A DNA stretch of 64,000 nucleotides from Candidatus Microgenomates bacterium (GTDB taxonomy: Bacteria; Patescibacteriota; Microgenomatia; UBA8517), in NCBI GenBank assembly GCA_049519355.1, contig JBEKQV010000002.1, positions 3,479 to 67,478 on the forward strand, read 5' to 3'. Shown in pieces: positions 51,248-60,654 of the stretch. Position 1 is the first letter of the stretch; the number at the start of each line of letters is the position of its first letter. The position numbers and the translations under genes were made by a program. Under the pieces are notes generated by a model. It searched no databases. It saw only the letters and a program-made list of their open reading frames with translations, and was not told where the DNA came from.

Positions 51248-51592
51248 TTAAGATTTCTTCTCAACTTTGGCTTTTTCTGCGTTTAGTATTCCCATAGCCG
51301 TTAAGCCCGCCTCGACGATTTCTCTAAACTCATTCTTCCCATTTTCATCCTGTATGGCCGGAAGTTGCAGCTTACCGTCACGCATTTTTTCGAAAACAAT
51401 TTCACCTTCGCCTGTCTTGTACATTGTTACAACGCCTCCATCATGAGTTTCCATCTTAAAGACGGGTTCCCAATTCTCTCGGACACCGGGTTTGATAACC
51501 ATATCAACTATTCTTACACGCCCGGTTTTACCTTCTTGTGTTTCCCCGTCCGTTATCGCAATCAGACTATACCATTTCGACTCGTTTGTCAT
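51248..51592 (-). CDS. Hypothetical protein
   Basis: ORF with TATAAT shortly upstream. Confidence 0.55.
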   Translation of the reverse strand: MTNESKWYSLIAITDGETQEGKTGRVRIVDMVIKPGVRENWEPVFKMETHDGGVVTMYKTGEGEIVFEKMRDGKLQLPAIQDENGKNEFREIVEAGLTAMGILNAEKAKVEKKS

Positions 51593-51672
51593 ACCGCTAT
51601 TATAGCATAAATGATACGGAAAGATGTAGTTAGTAGTCTTGACTTCGTATTTTATTCGGGTTAAAAGTAGAT

Positions 51673-51906
51673 ATGGCGGAAGTCATTGATGAAAAAGTAG
51701 TTGTCGGAATGAGTGATTCTCCAAAATGGGTTAAGTGGAAGAATAGAATCCATCAGATCGACAAAGTGGGACTTCATTATACATTCCGCGAAGGTCGCAT
51801 TCTTTATCATATGTTTTCCGTTTCCACCAATACCCTGGCCATGAAACTTAGGTTTGATACGGAAACACTGGCTTGGAAATTAATGGAGGTGGAAAGTGGA
51901 ATTTAA
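51673..51906 (+). CDS. Small beta-rich protein coupled to DinB (DUF6504-like)
   Basis: P.WVKWKNR, LRFD...W; overlaps dinB start. Confidence 0.65.
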   Translation: MAEVIDEKVVVGMSDSPKWVKWKNRIHQIDKVGLHYTFREGRILYHMFSVSTNTLAMKLRFDTETLAWKLMEVESGI

Positions 51907-53143
51907 TTCGGCTCCTTCGACAATCATGCACATTGATCTTAATTCCTGCTTTGCCTCAATTGAACAACAGGCAAACCCATTTTTAAGAGGAAAGCCTGTT
52001 GCCGTTGCTGCTTTTACCTCTCCCGGCGGATGCATTTTGGCGGCTTCGGTCGAGGCAAAAAGATTGGGGATTAAAACCGGCCTTAGAGTCCGTGACGGCA
52101 GGGCAATTTATCCGAAGCTCATTGTTTTACCGCCGGACCCCTGGAAATACAGGAATGTCCACCTAAGCTTGCGGAGACTGATTTCGGATTACACAAGCGA
52201 TTTTGTTCCGAAATCTATCGATGAATTTGTTTTAAATATGAAAGACTACCCCAAACTCATAAAAGGAAATATGAAGAATATCGGAATGGAAATAAAGACC
52301 AGAATTAAGGCTGAAATCGGTGAATGGCTGACAGTAAACGTCGGAATCGCACCGAATAGGTATCTGGCCAAAGTTGCCGCGGGACTTCATAAACCCGACG
52401 GACTTGACGAGATTAACAAGAATAATTTTTTGGACATTTATTCACACCTCAAATTAACAGACCTGACCGGTATAAGGGAAAGGAATGCCGCAAGGTTAAA
52501 CGGAATGGGTATTTATTCGGTTCTGGATTTTTTTGAAGCACCGGTTTGGCGCCTCCGTGCGGCTTTTCATTCGATAAACGGCCTTTACTGGCATGTACGG
52601 CTTGGCGGCTATGAGGTTGATGATGTTGAGTTCGGAAGACGAAGCTACGGCAATTCGGTAGCTCTGGGAAAGAATATTGCCACAACTGCCGGTCTCTCCC
52701 CTGTCCTTGCCAGACTCACGGAGAAGATGTGTAGCAGATTGAGGGCCGCCGGATATAGGGCAAGCGGTATTCACCTGATGTTGGCCTACAAGAACGGTTC
52801 CTGGTGGCACAAAGGCAGGCTCCTTACCCAACCTTACTTTGATTCAAGGGATTTCTATAAGGCGGCCTTCAGACTTCTGATTGAGGCTAACCCAAACTCT
52901 CCTGTTTTGAATATTGCCGTTTCGTGTTTTGGCCTGAGCCGGGACACTTCACTGCAGTTGGGCCTTTTCGAAGATGTAGACAGGAAACGGTCTCTCGTGC
53001 AGTCGGTGGATCTGGTAAACGAAAGGTGGGGAGGATTCACCGTTACCTCCGCCAGAAGCTTCGGCGGAGCCAAAATGGTAATGGATAGAATTGCATTCGG
53101 AGGGATTAAGGAGTTGGAAGAATTCACTCTAAATCCCGCTTAG
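51896..53143 (+). CDS. dinB: Y-family DNA polymerase IV
   Basis: HIDLNSCFAS, SIDE, LAKVA..KPDG. Confidence 0.92.
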   Translation: MEFNSAPSTIMHIDLNSCFASIEQQANPFLRGKPVAVAAFTSPGGCILAASVEAKRLGIKTGLRVRDGRAIYPKLIVLPPDPWKYRNVHLSLRRLISDYTSDFVPKSIDEFVLNMKDYPKLIKGNMKNIGMEIKTRIKAEIGEWLTVNVGIAPNRYLAKVAAGLHKPDGLDEINKNNFLDIYSHLKLTDLTGIRERNAARLNGMGIYSVLDFFEAPVWRLRAAFHSINGLYWHVRLGGYEVDDVEFGRRSYGNSVALGKNIATTAGLSPVLARLTEKMCSRLRAAGYRASGIHLMLAYKNGSWWHKGRLLTQPYFDSRDFYKAAFRLLIEANPNSPVLNIAVSCFGLSRDTSLQLGLFEDVDRKRSLVQSVDLVNERWGGFTVTSARSFGGAKMVMDRIAFGGIKELEEFTLNPA

Positions 53144-53608
53144 AGTAACGGGGTCTCCCACTTTGATTGAATTTGTATCGGAAAACCCGCCGTTTACCTC
53201 CAAAACGTAATCGATCGGCTCACCCGCCGTATAAGTTTTAAGGTTGGCATCCGGAGTTCCCGGAGCGGGAAACGGAACATTTTTATCTATTCGTACGACT
53301 CTTCCTCCTCCTATCCAGATAAAATCCAGTGGAATTAGCATATCTTTCATCCAAAAAATGGGGGTAACGGCTTTTGTCTCAAAGACGAAAAGCATACCAC
53401 TATCCGCCGCCAAAGAAGACCTTCCGGATAGCCCTTGTGCACGCTCGGCGGGTGTATCCGCAACTTCGACGTTTATAGCCTTGCTGGCGATAGTGACTGT
53501 TTTTTGAACCTGCCCGGGGTTTGTATTCTGGGTTTTTTGGAAAAATACACCTACTATTACAATAAATGCTATAACGCCCAGGAAAGGAAGAAGGAGATTT
53601 TTAATCAT
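53129..53608 (-). CDS. DUF192 family protein
   Basis: VEVAD...GL, GMLFVF, FWMK, VLEVNGG. Confidence 0.9.
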   Translation of the reverse strand: MIKNLLLPFLGVIAFIVIVGVFFQKTQNTNPGQVQKTVTIASKAINVEVADTPAERAQGLSGRSSLAADSGMLFVFETKAVTPIFWMKDMLIPLDFIWIGGGRVVRIDKNVPFPAPGTPDANLKTYTAGEPIDYVLEVNGGFSDTNSIKVGDPVTLSGI

Positions 53609-53730
53609 TTTAGAAATCTTAGAAAGACAAACAGCGCTGCAATAAAAACCAAAACCGGTATTGACATAAAAAGTAGGTGCTCAAAGTAGGATCTGTTGGT
53701 TTTATGAAGATGAATACGCACGCTTTCCAT
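53605..53730 (-). CDS. 41-aa membrane peptide (not in ORF track)
   Basis: MESVRIHLHK...TM; ATGA overlap with DUF192 gene. Confidence 0.5.
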   Translation of the reverse strand: MESVRIHLHKTNRSYFEHLLFMSIPVLVFIAALFVFLRFLK

Positions 53731-53751
53731 CCATTCATACTAGCATATTGC

Positions 53752-54249
53752 CTAAATTTTTAGAACTCTTGAAATCCAGGCTTTTGGCCTGAATTCAACA
53801 AGATAAAGTGCGATTATGAGGCCGGCAATAAAGTAGAAAAAATCAAACGCGCCACGGTGAATTATTATATTAACCATTTGAAAAGGAGCCAAAATAATAG
53901 TTAGTCCTACAAGCAGATCGACTCCCCAATTTTGCTTATAGATTAAACCGATTGCACCTGCAATTTTGGCAGCTCCCAGGATAAGAAGGTAAATTACCAG
54001 ATAGGTGTTATGCGTGAGGAGATTCGGAACAACTCCTACACTTAAGTTTGCCAATAAGTCATGAGGATCTTCAGAAAGCTCTTTTATCATACCCGCTTGG
54101 TATACCTGGTAAATAGTCGAGCCGTAGAAGACCAAGACTAGTCCCGAAAGTAGTTCGGCAAGCCCTAAAACAAACTTATAAACAATAATGTAGACGGAAA
54201 TATGGAACTCTTTTTCGATTTTTTCCTCATCACTTTTCAGTTTCGTCAC
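53752..54249 (-). CDS. DUF2127-like membrane protein
   Basis: YK...G..E, EL.EDPHD, four TM segments. Confidence 0.75.
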   Translation of the reverse strand: MTKLKSDEEKIEKEFHISVYIIVYKFVLGLAELLSGLVLVFYGSTIYQVYQAGMIKELSEDPHDLLANLSVGVVPNLLTHNTYLVIYLLILGAAKIAGAIGLIYKQNWGVDLLVGLTIILAPFQMVNIIIHRGAFDFFYFIAGLIIALYLVEFRPKAWISRVLKI

Positions 54250-54254
54250 GGCGG

Positions 54255-54338
54255 TGCCGGGGACAGGAATCGAACCTGCACGCCTTTAAGGGGCACTAGG
54301 TCCTAAACCTAGCGTGTATACCGTTTCACCACCCCGGC
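54255..54338 (-). tRNA. tRNA-Leu(TAG)
   Basis: Long variable arm, anticodon TAG. Confidence 0.95.
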
Positions 54339-54343
54339 CTAGC

Positions 54344-54868
54344 TTAGATTATATCAAAGTTTAGCGGGAGCGTATCTATTTGAGATACGAAATATTTTAC
54401 GTTGCCTCCCCATGTGGTAGATGGAGGCGCATACCTTTTTGCGATTTGTGGGATTGAAACGGCGCCCCTGTCGATGTAATTGGCCTTCAATGTTGAAGAG
54501 ACAACGTTTATGGAATCGGGCCAAGACTTAAAAGTATAGTCGCCGTTTACCCACCCATAGGCGTTATATGAATTTGACGGAATAAATTTACCGAATGTGG
54601 ATTCCACTCCTGAAATGGCGGGAACGAGACGGTAGTCAAGCCCGTTTTCGTCAGCGTAAGCAACAATATCCTGTGCGTATGGCGCAAGAGGTGAATCGTA
54701 TTTTTCCAGAAATACCGTAAGATTTTCCACACGATAGTCGAACCCGGTTGATTCAGATTGGGTTTTAAGGGATGCCGAAGAGTCGGACTCGTTTTGAGCA
54801 TAGACTCTCCCGGCGCCGATTAACGAAAGCGTCGAAATAATTAGGGTAATTGTAATAAGTTTATTCAT
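54344..54868 (-). CDS. Secreted glucosaminidase/lysozyme-fold protein
   Basis: SPLA, AISGVESTFGK, NAYGW, YAPP. Confidence 0.8.
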   Translation of the reverse strand: MNKLITITLIISTLSLIGAGRVYAQNESDSSASLKTQSESTGFDYRVENLTVFLEKYDSPLAPYAQDIVAYADENGLDYRLVPAISGVESTFGKFIPSNSYNAYGWVNGDYTFKSWPDSINVVSSTLKANYIDRGAVSIPQIAKRYAPPSTTWGGNVKYFVSQIDTLPLNFDII

Positions 54869-54878
54869 ATCCTTATGT

Positions 54879-54998
54879 AAAAAGAAGGCCCGTCTATAAA
54901 TAGACGGGCCAAATATAAATTCCAACGCCGAGATCATGTTTCCATGCCTAAGCCTCGGAATGTACGAGTACTATAGCATAGTATTATAGGTTTGTCAA
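54879..54998 (-). promoter_or_regulatory. Promoter plus structured leader with intrinsic terminator (attenuator-like)
   Basis: TTGACA-17bp-TATAGT; GAAA-capped stem; 10-bp hairpin + TTCTTTTT ending 10 nt before ATG. Confidence 0.6.
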
Positions 54999-55007
54999 CT
55001 GAAGAGG

Positions 55008-55655
55008 TTAGGGCATTTCCGTCATAAACTGGTCTACGTTATGAGCCCAGGAGCCGTTACTTTGAGGAGTGTATTTTGTCATTATATCCTCGACCGTTAC
55101 GTAGCCCTTATTCAAATAATTTTCCCTTAGACCTTCGGAAACTTGTTCGATTCCGTCCTGGTATGAAGTAAAACCAAGTGTACCTTGGCCGGTAATTCCC
55201 CAACCCCAGCAATTATAAGATCCCGGAGGAATAATTTTACAAAGGTTACTTTCCTGCTGAGCAATTGCAGTTATTAGACGGTAATCAAGCGAATACTTAT
55301 CGGCAGTTTCAACAATTAAATCTGCGAAGGGCGCAAGGGGTGAATCGTAGGATTCCATATATTGTTTGACAATTTCCGTTCTTGCGTCTGCCGATTCAAC
55401 GGACCCCGACACCGAGGGAAGTTCCATAGGAAGAGATGCATAGACTTTGACACCCGAAAGCGGCCCAACCGTTAGATTTTGAACACCTTGGTTTGTAGAA
55501 AGAACGATATTTGTAATGCTGCTTGTTTTAAGTGACACCAAAGAGAATAAGCTTATTGCGAGTGTTATCGGAGCTATTGTAAAAAAAACCACGACTAGGA
55601 CCAGATTTTTCCAGAAGCCAATATCATTATCCCTTTCAAACGGGGTAGTTTCCAT
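55008..55655 (-). CDS. Membrane-anchored glucosaminidase/lysozyme-fold protein (paralog)
   Basis: SPLA, AIAQQESNLCK, NCWGW, YTP. Confidence 0.8.
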   Translation of the reverse strand: METTPFERDNDIGFWKNLVLVVVFFTIAPITLAISLFSLVSLKTSSITNIVLSTNQGVQNLTVGPLSGVKVYASLPMELPSVSGSVESADARTEIVKQYMESYDSPLAPFADLIVETADKYSLDYRLITAIAQQESNLCKIIPPGSYNCWGWGITGQGTLGFTSYQDGIEQVSEGLRENYLNKGYVTVEDIMTKYTPQSNGSWAHNVDQFMTEMP

Positions 55656-55706
55656 TATTTGTCAGGATGCCACAAAAACAGTCTAAGTGTCAAGTTTTTA
55701 TGTTTA

Positions 55707-55781
55707 TGGAGCGGCGGAGCGGATTTGGACCGCCGACCTCTTCCTTGGCAAGGAAGCATTCTACCACTGAACTACCGCCGC
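55707..55781 (-). tRNA. tRNA-Gly(GCC)
   Basis: Cloverleaf with encoded CCA; T-loop UCCAAAU. Confidence 0.93.
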
Positions 55782-55833
55782 ATAAGGCTAATGATACATC
55801 AAATTCGGCCGTAAAAAAACCCCGGTGGCACAC

Positions 55834-56526
55834 CTAATCGGTTACGGTAATTGTGGTAGGAAAGGTTTTTGTAAGATTTTTTGTTTCGTCCGTAAAAGTC
55901 ATTGTACCTTGGTAAACCCCTGCGGGAACATTTGGTGCGACTTGAAGGCCCTCCGTAATGACCTGGCCTGAAAAATTGCTACCGCTTGCCGCAGACCAGT
56001 CGATTCCTCCTTGGTAAACAGGAGTTCCGGCAAATTCGAAAGATGTTGATCCGGTGGAAGTAAACGTAAAGACAGTAACCTCATTCCAATCATTTTTTAT
56101 GGTTATATTGATCGAATCAACAGAAAATGTGTACCCTAATTGATTGGACTGAGTTGAAACTGGTGTTGTAGTGGTTTGACTATTAGAGGTACTGCTCGAA
56201 TTTGTTTGGACTGATTGACCCTGATTTCTCCAAAAAGAATTTAGATTATCACAATCGGCTTGTGTCGCTTTGGCATGTTTTCCGTCAGGGCCTATACAAT
56301 CAATAAGCGGCGCTGCGGTAGCTTTAGGAATAATTCTTTTCGGAGAAGGAGTAGCAACGTTAGATTTTGGCGTGGGCGTGACTAAGGAAGTTGGTAAAGA
56401 TGTTGATTGTGTAGTCATTCGGACATTCGATTTGTAATTTTTATAAGCAAAATATCCGACAACGGCAAACGAAGCCAGAATTATAAGCATAAGAATAGGT
56501 ATAAAACCTTTGGAGTTCCTTTTCAT
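55834..56526 (-). CDS. Membrane-anchored surface protein with pilin-like leader
   Basis: KG-FIPI then TM, Ser/Thr/Pro linker, Ig-like tail. Confidence 0.7.
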   Translation of the reverse strand: MKRNSKGFIPILMLIILASFAVVGYFAYKNYKSNVRMTTQSTSLPTSLVTPTPKSNVATPSPKRIIPKATAAPLIDCIGPDGKHAKATQADCDNLNSFWRNQGQSVQTNSSSTSNSQTTTTPVSTQSNQLGYTFSVDSINITIKNDWNEVTVFTFTSTGSTSFEFAGTPVYQGGIDWSAASGSNFSGQVITEGLQVAPNVPAGVYQGTMTFTDETKNLTKTFPTTITVTD

Positions 56527-56770
56527 AGTTTAATGATAGCAGTTACAAAATCTATAGTAAAAAGATGTGTGCCGAGAACGGTGCTGTACTCGAACACATT
56601 CGACCTGCTTAATTCTAGCAAATCCGAGACTGAAACACTAGCTTTACAACTCCAATTACTTAATAGTCATTCACAATTAATATCTGTTAGGTAAAAGAAA
56701 GGAAAGTATTTTTCTTTTAACCCCATAGGTACTATGATAAAAAAGATAAACATTAAATTTTGAATCTCCC

Positions 56771-58192
56771 ATGCCTGCCTTTTTAAACAAATTTATTAAA
56801 ACCAAGCTCTTTCCGATTTTGATTTTTTGTTTGGCTCTGTTTTTGAGGATTTATCATTTAAATCTAATTTACACATTTACAGCTGATGAAGAATACCAAA
56901 CTGATATTGCGATGACACTGGTCAAGCACCTTCACCTTATTTGGATTGGGGTAAATGCAGCCAATACGGGTTTTTATTTAGGCCCATTTTGGAGCTATTT
57001 TACAGCATTTTGGTTATTTTTATCACACGGGGATCCTCTAATTACTGCATATGTGGCTGCAATAATAGGAGCCATTACATGTGCTGTTATATTCTACGTT
57101 GGTTCTAAAATGTTTTCTTTCAGGGTGGGTCTAGTTACATCAATTCTATATGCCTGCTTACCTTTAATCGTATTTTTCGACCAGAAATACTGGAATCCGA
57201 CAACGGTACCTTTGTTAGCTGTCACGATGCTTTACTCGTTGTATAAGGTCAAGGATAATCAAAAATTTTGGTTGCTATTTGCACTAGCTTACGGATTAGT
57301 ATTTCATGCACACCTTTCGCTTGTTCCTTTTATTGTTCTTGCACTATATCAATTAAGGAAAGGAATAAAAATTAAGGTATTCGCTCAATCGGCCTTGGTA
57401 TTTATATTGACAATATCGCCCCTTATCGTGTTTGACTATTTTCATAAGTGGAGCAATATCACAACGATTCTGAGGCTTAAACAAATTGCTTCGGCTATGC
57501 ACCCAAGTTCTTTTTCAAAAATGCAATCATTGGCAGAATCTATAATGCGTTTGTGGTATCTCAATCCCCATACAATAACTGCAAACGAAATATTATTTAT
57601 ATGCTCAAAATATAGAAGCTTTCCATCGCTAGTTTCCTTACCATTCATAATACTTATTTTGATATTTTTTTTCACAAAAAATACCTGGCTTAAGGAAAAT
57701 TCAAGGATTCTAGCTCTCGGAATATTATTGATCGCTTCAAGCTATGTATTTTTTCCTGAAAGCTCTTCCGAATATTATCTCTTAGGATTATTTCCATTGC
57801 TGTTATTTATTCCTGGTATTATTTGGAATAAATATATTAGCCCCTTACTGATCGTGATTATCTGTAGTCTCGGCATTTTTAGTGTTTTGACTGCATACAA
57901 TCCTTATGGATTATCTGTAAAAAAAGAAATTGTTTCTTCGGTAATGTCAAAAATTGGAAATAAGACTTATGAATTAAATGAAGAAGGGGTGTGTCATAAA
58001 TATGAGGGCTGGAGGTACCTTTTCGCCACGTATGGAAAGGCACCAGAAAGATCAAATATCGATTCAAATTTTGGATGGCTGTATCCCAACGAAATTCATA
58101 ATGGACCCGTAAATTATTCTGTAACCATAACTGGTCATGACACAAATCCCTTAGGATTTAGCACGCAAATCTTAAAGAACTCTAATAAATAA
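56771..58192 (+). CDS. GT-C (ArnT/PMT-like) glycosyltransferase
   Basis: LFLR..., ADEE, GPFWSY, WNP, many TM segments; AT-rich. Confidence 0.8.
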   Translation: MPAFLNKFIKTKLFPILIFCLALFLRIYHLNLIYTFTADEEYQTDIAMTLVKHLHLIWIGVNAANTGFYLGPFWSYFTAFWLFLSHGDPLITAYVAAIIGAITCAVIFYVGSKMFSFRVGLVTSILYACLPLIVFFDQKYWNPTTVPLLAVTMLYSLYKVKDNQKFWLLFALAYGLVFHAHLSLVPFIVLALYQLRKGIKIKVFAQSALVFILTISPLIVFDYFHKWSNITTILRLKQIASAMHPSSFSKMQSLAESIMRLWYLNPHTITANEILFICSKYRSFPSLVSLPFIILILIFFFTKNTWLKENSRILALGILLIASSYVFFPESSSEYYLLGLFPLLLFIPGIIWNKYISPLLIVIICSLGIFSVLTAYNPYGLSVKKEIVSSVMSKIGNKTYELNEEGVCHKYEGWRYLFATYGKAPERSNIDSNFGWLYPNEIHNGPVNYSVTITGHDTNPLGFSTQILKNSNK

Positions 58193-58286
58193 CTTCCGAA
58201 CTAATTTATTAAGTTGGTGGTTAGCTCGAACAAATTTAGCTTCAAAAAACTGTAAGATGAATTTTGTGGTAATAAATTGAACTTAG

Positions 58287-58359
58287 TGCCGAGAGGCTGA
58301 GTCGAACAGCCATTTGACGCTCTTCAGGCGCCCGCCTTGACCACCTTGGCTATCTCGGC
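58287..58359 (-). tRNA. tRNA-Phe(GAA)
   Basis: Cloverleaf, anticodon GAA. Confidence 0.93.
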
Positions 58360-58372
58360 AAAAATCTCACAG

Positions 58373-58446
58373 TGGACGCTGAGGGTCTCGAACCCCCGAC
58401 CTCATCGATGTAAACGATGCGCTCTAGCCAACTGAGCTAAGCGTCC
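58373..58446 (-). tRNA. tRNA-Val(TAC)
   Basis: Cloverleaf, anticodon TAC. Confidence 0.95.
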
Positions 58447-58452
58447 TTAAAG

Positions 58453-58533
58453 TGCACCCGGAGAGACTCGAACTCTCACGCCTTTCGGCGTAGCTCCTCA
58501 AGCTACCGCGTATGCCAATTCCGCCACGGGTGC
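58453..58533 (-). tRNA. tRNA-Leu(GAG)
   Basis: Long variable arm, anticodon GAG. Confidence 0.95.
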
Positions 58534-58544
58534 GCGATTTTATG

Positions 58545-58626
58545 TGCAGGTGGGAGGATTTGAACCTCCATGGGTTGCCCCACACGGCCCTGAACCGTGC
58601 GCGTCTGCCAATTCCGCCACATCTGC
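58545..58626 (-). tRNA. tRNA-Leu(CAG)
   Basis: Long variable arm, anticodon CAG. Confidence 0.95.
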
Positions 58627-58650
58627 AATTATATCAGAGTTCAGATCAAG

Positions 58651-58722
58651 TGCCCTTGGACAGAATCGAACTGTCATCTCCTCCTTAGAAGGGAGATGCT
58701 CTATCCGTTGAGCTACAAGGGC
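58651..58722 (-). tRNA. tRNA-Arg(TCT)
   Basis: Cloverleaf, anticodon TCT. Confidence 0.95.
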
Positions 58723-58767
58723 ATGAAACACACTATTTTATCATTTCTGCTTCAAAATGGTGAAGGA

Positions 58768-59109
58768 TCAAATAATTTCCGAAGCTTTTTTAAAGTTTTT
58801 ACTCGCACGAAGTTCATTAAAGATCTTGCATGGCTCGACTATCCTTACATCGGTAATTTTATAAAAAATGTTTTTGCCCTGCCTTCTTGTTGTGACCAAG
58901 CCAACATATCTTAAGTAAGCCATGTGCTGGGAAGTGTTTGATTTTCTTGTTCCCAGAGTTCTTGAAAGATCGTTTACAGTAGCTTCTTTATCGGCAATTA
59001 TATTTAATATTTCAAGGCGCTTTGGGTTTGACATCACTTTATAAAGTTCAGCGTTTTTCCTGTAAACCTCTTTGCTATATGGGGATTTTAATTTTTCGGT
59101 ATTTTTCAT
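58768..59109 (-). CDS. ArsR/SmtB family transcriptional regulator
   Basis: SNPKRLEIL, SQHMAYL, RRQGK..FY. Confidence 0.9.
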   Translation of the reverse strand: MKNTEKLKSPYSKEVYRKNAELYKVMSNPKRLEILNIIADKEATVNDLSRTLGTRKSNTSQHMAYLRYVGLVTTRRQGKNIFYKITDVRIVEPCKIFNELRASKNFKKASEII

Positions 59110-59183
59110 AAATTATATTTGGGAACTTAATTATATAAGTGATTTCTGCTTAGTCAAATTAATTGCTACAATGGATATTTGAA

Positions 59184-60578
59184 ATGAAGAAAATTCTTTC
59201 GCTGATTTTATCAAGTTATATTATTTTTAGCATGCAATCCTGTGTTCTTGCTGAGAATTCCCCATCGGCAGTTTCGAACAACACTTTTGGCATTCACATC
59301 ACTGACGAAAAAGACTTGCCTGCCGCAGCGTCACTGGTAAACTCATCCGGAGGCGATTGGGGGTACGTTACATTTGTTATAACTGAGGGGGAAAGAGACC
59401 ACGACCGTTGGCAGCAGGTCTTTGACCAAATGAGAAGACTTCACCTGATTCCGATTGTGAGAATTGCAACAACCGCAAACGGTGATACATGGAATATTCC
59501 GGCGGAAGCAGAAATAAATAACTGGATAGCTTTCCTAAACTCTCTCAACTGGGTTACACAAAACCGCTACATCGTAATATCAAATGAACCTAATCATGCA
59601 ACCGAATGGGGCGGAAAGATTGACCCTGCAGGATACGCAGACTACTTGAATGAATTTGCCACCAAACTTCATGCAGCGTCGCCGGATTTTTTCGTTTTAC
59701 CGGCTGGGCTTGATGCATCGGCCAAAAACACTTCAACAACAATGGACGAAGCACTTTTCTTAAAGAGAATGCTCGCGGCGCAACCCAACCTTTTTGATAA
59801 CCTTGACGGTTGGACCTCACATTCATATCCAAATCCCGATTTTTCAGGCAAAGAAACGGATACGGGTCGGGGTACTATTGACACATTCGATTGGGAATTG
59901 GCCTTTCTCAAGTCTCTTGGGGTAACTAAAGATTTGCCTGTATTTATTACCGAAACCGGGTGGTCCAACCAACAGATTGATCCCGATAAAATCGGATCTA
60001 TGCTCACTTACGCCTTTCAAAATGTCTGGAATGACCCGAGGGTTATCGCCGTAACTCCGTTTATTTTAAACTACCCACAAGCTCCATTTTCACAATTTTC
60101 CTGGGAGAAAACCGACGGAACGTTTTATTCTTATTACACAACAGTTCAAAAAATACTTAAAGTTGCCGGAACACCCGTACAAAAAGTAAGCGGACAAATT
60201 ATTGGTGCTCTTGCACAACCCGTAATTCTTCCGGGAAGTGATTTCGTCGGTGCAATTCTTGCCAAAAATACGGGGGAATCCATTTGGGATCAGAAGGATA
60301 TACTAATTTCTAGTGATACAAATGATGTTCCTATCGCCGGCTATTCTTTCTCCGATATTGAACCCATGAAGCTTGGATTGATTGTTTTTAAAGCAGCAGC
60401 ACCTTCAAACACGGGAATTTATAGCAAATCCTTATTCCTAAGCAACACAAAGGGTACAAGAATAAGTAATAGTTTTCCGATTGAAAGTGTTATTACTGCA
60501 ATTAATAAAATGCAAATTGATTCGTTTTTTGCTAAAATAGGCTCGTATTTGCAAAGCTCGCTGAATTTGAAGTTTTGA
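59184..60578 (+). CDS. Secreted clan GH-A glycoside hydrolase
   Basis: NEPN acid/base, HSYP, ITETGW nucleophile. Confidence 0.8.
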   Translation: MKKILSLILSSYIIFSMQSCVLAENSPSAVSNNTFGIHITDEKDLPAAASLVNSSGGDWGYVTFVITEGERDHDRWQQVFDQMRRLHLIPIVRIATTANGDTWNIPAEAEINNWIAFLNSLNWVTQNRYIVISNEPNHATEWGGKIDPAGYADYLNEFATKLHAASPDFFVLPAGLDASAKNTSTTMDEALFLKRMLAAQPNLFDNLDGWTSHSYPNPDFSGKETDTGRGTIDTFDWELAFLKSLGVTKDLPVFITETGWSNQQIDPDKIGSMLTYAFQNVWNDPRVIAVTPFILNYPQAPFSQFSWEKTDGTFYSYYTTVQKILKVAGTPVQKVSGQIIGALAQPVILPGSDFVGAILAKNTGESIWDQKDILISSDTNDVPIAGYSFSDIEPMKLGLIVFKAAAPSNTGIYSKSLFLSNTKGTRISNSFPIESVITAINKMQIDSFFAKIGSYLQSSLNLKF

Positions 60579-60582
60579 TCGC

Positions 60583-60654
60583 GGGCCCATAGCTCAATGG
60601 TAGAGCAGTTCCCTCTTAAGGAAAAGGTTGATGGTCCGAATCCATCTGGGCTCA
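60583..60654 (+). tRNA. tRNA-Lys(CTT)
   Basis: Cloverleaf; T-loop UCCGAAU. Confidence 0.93.
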
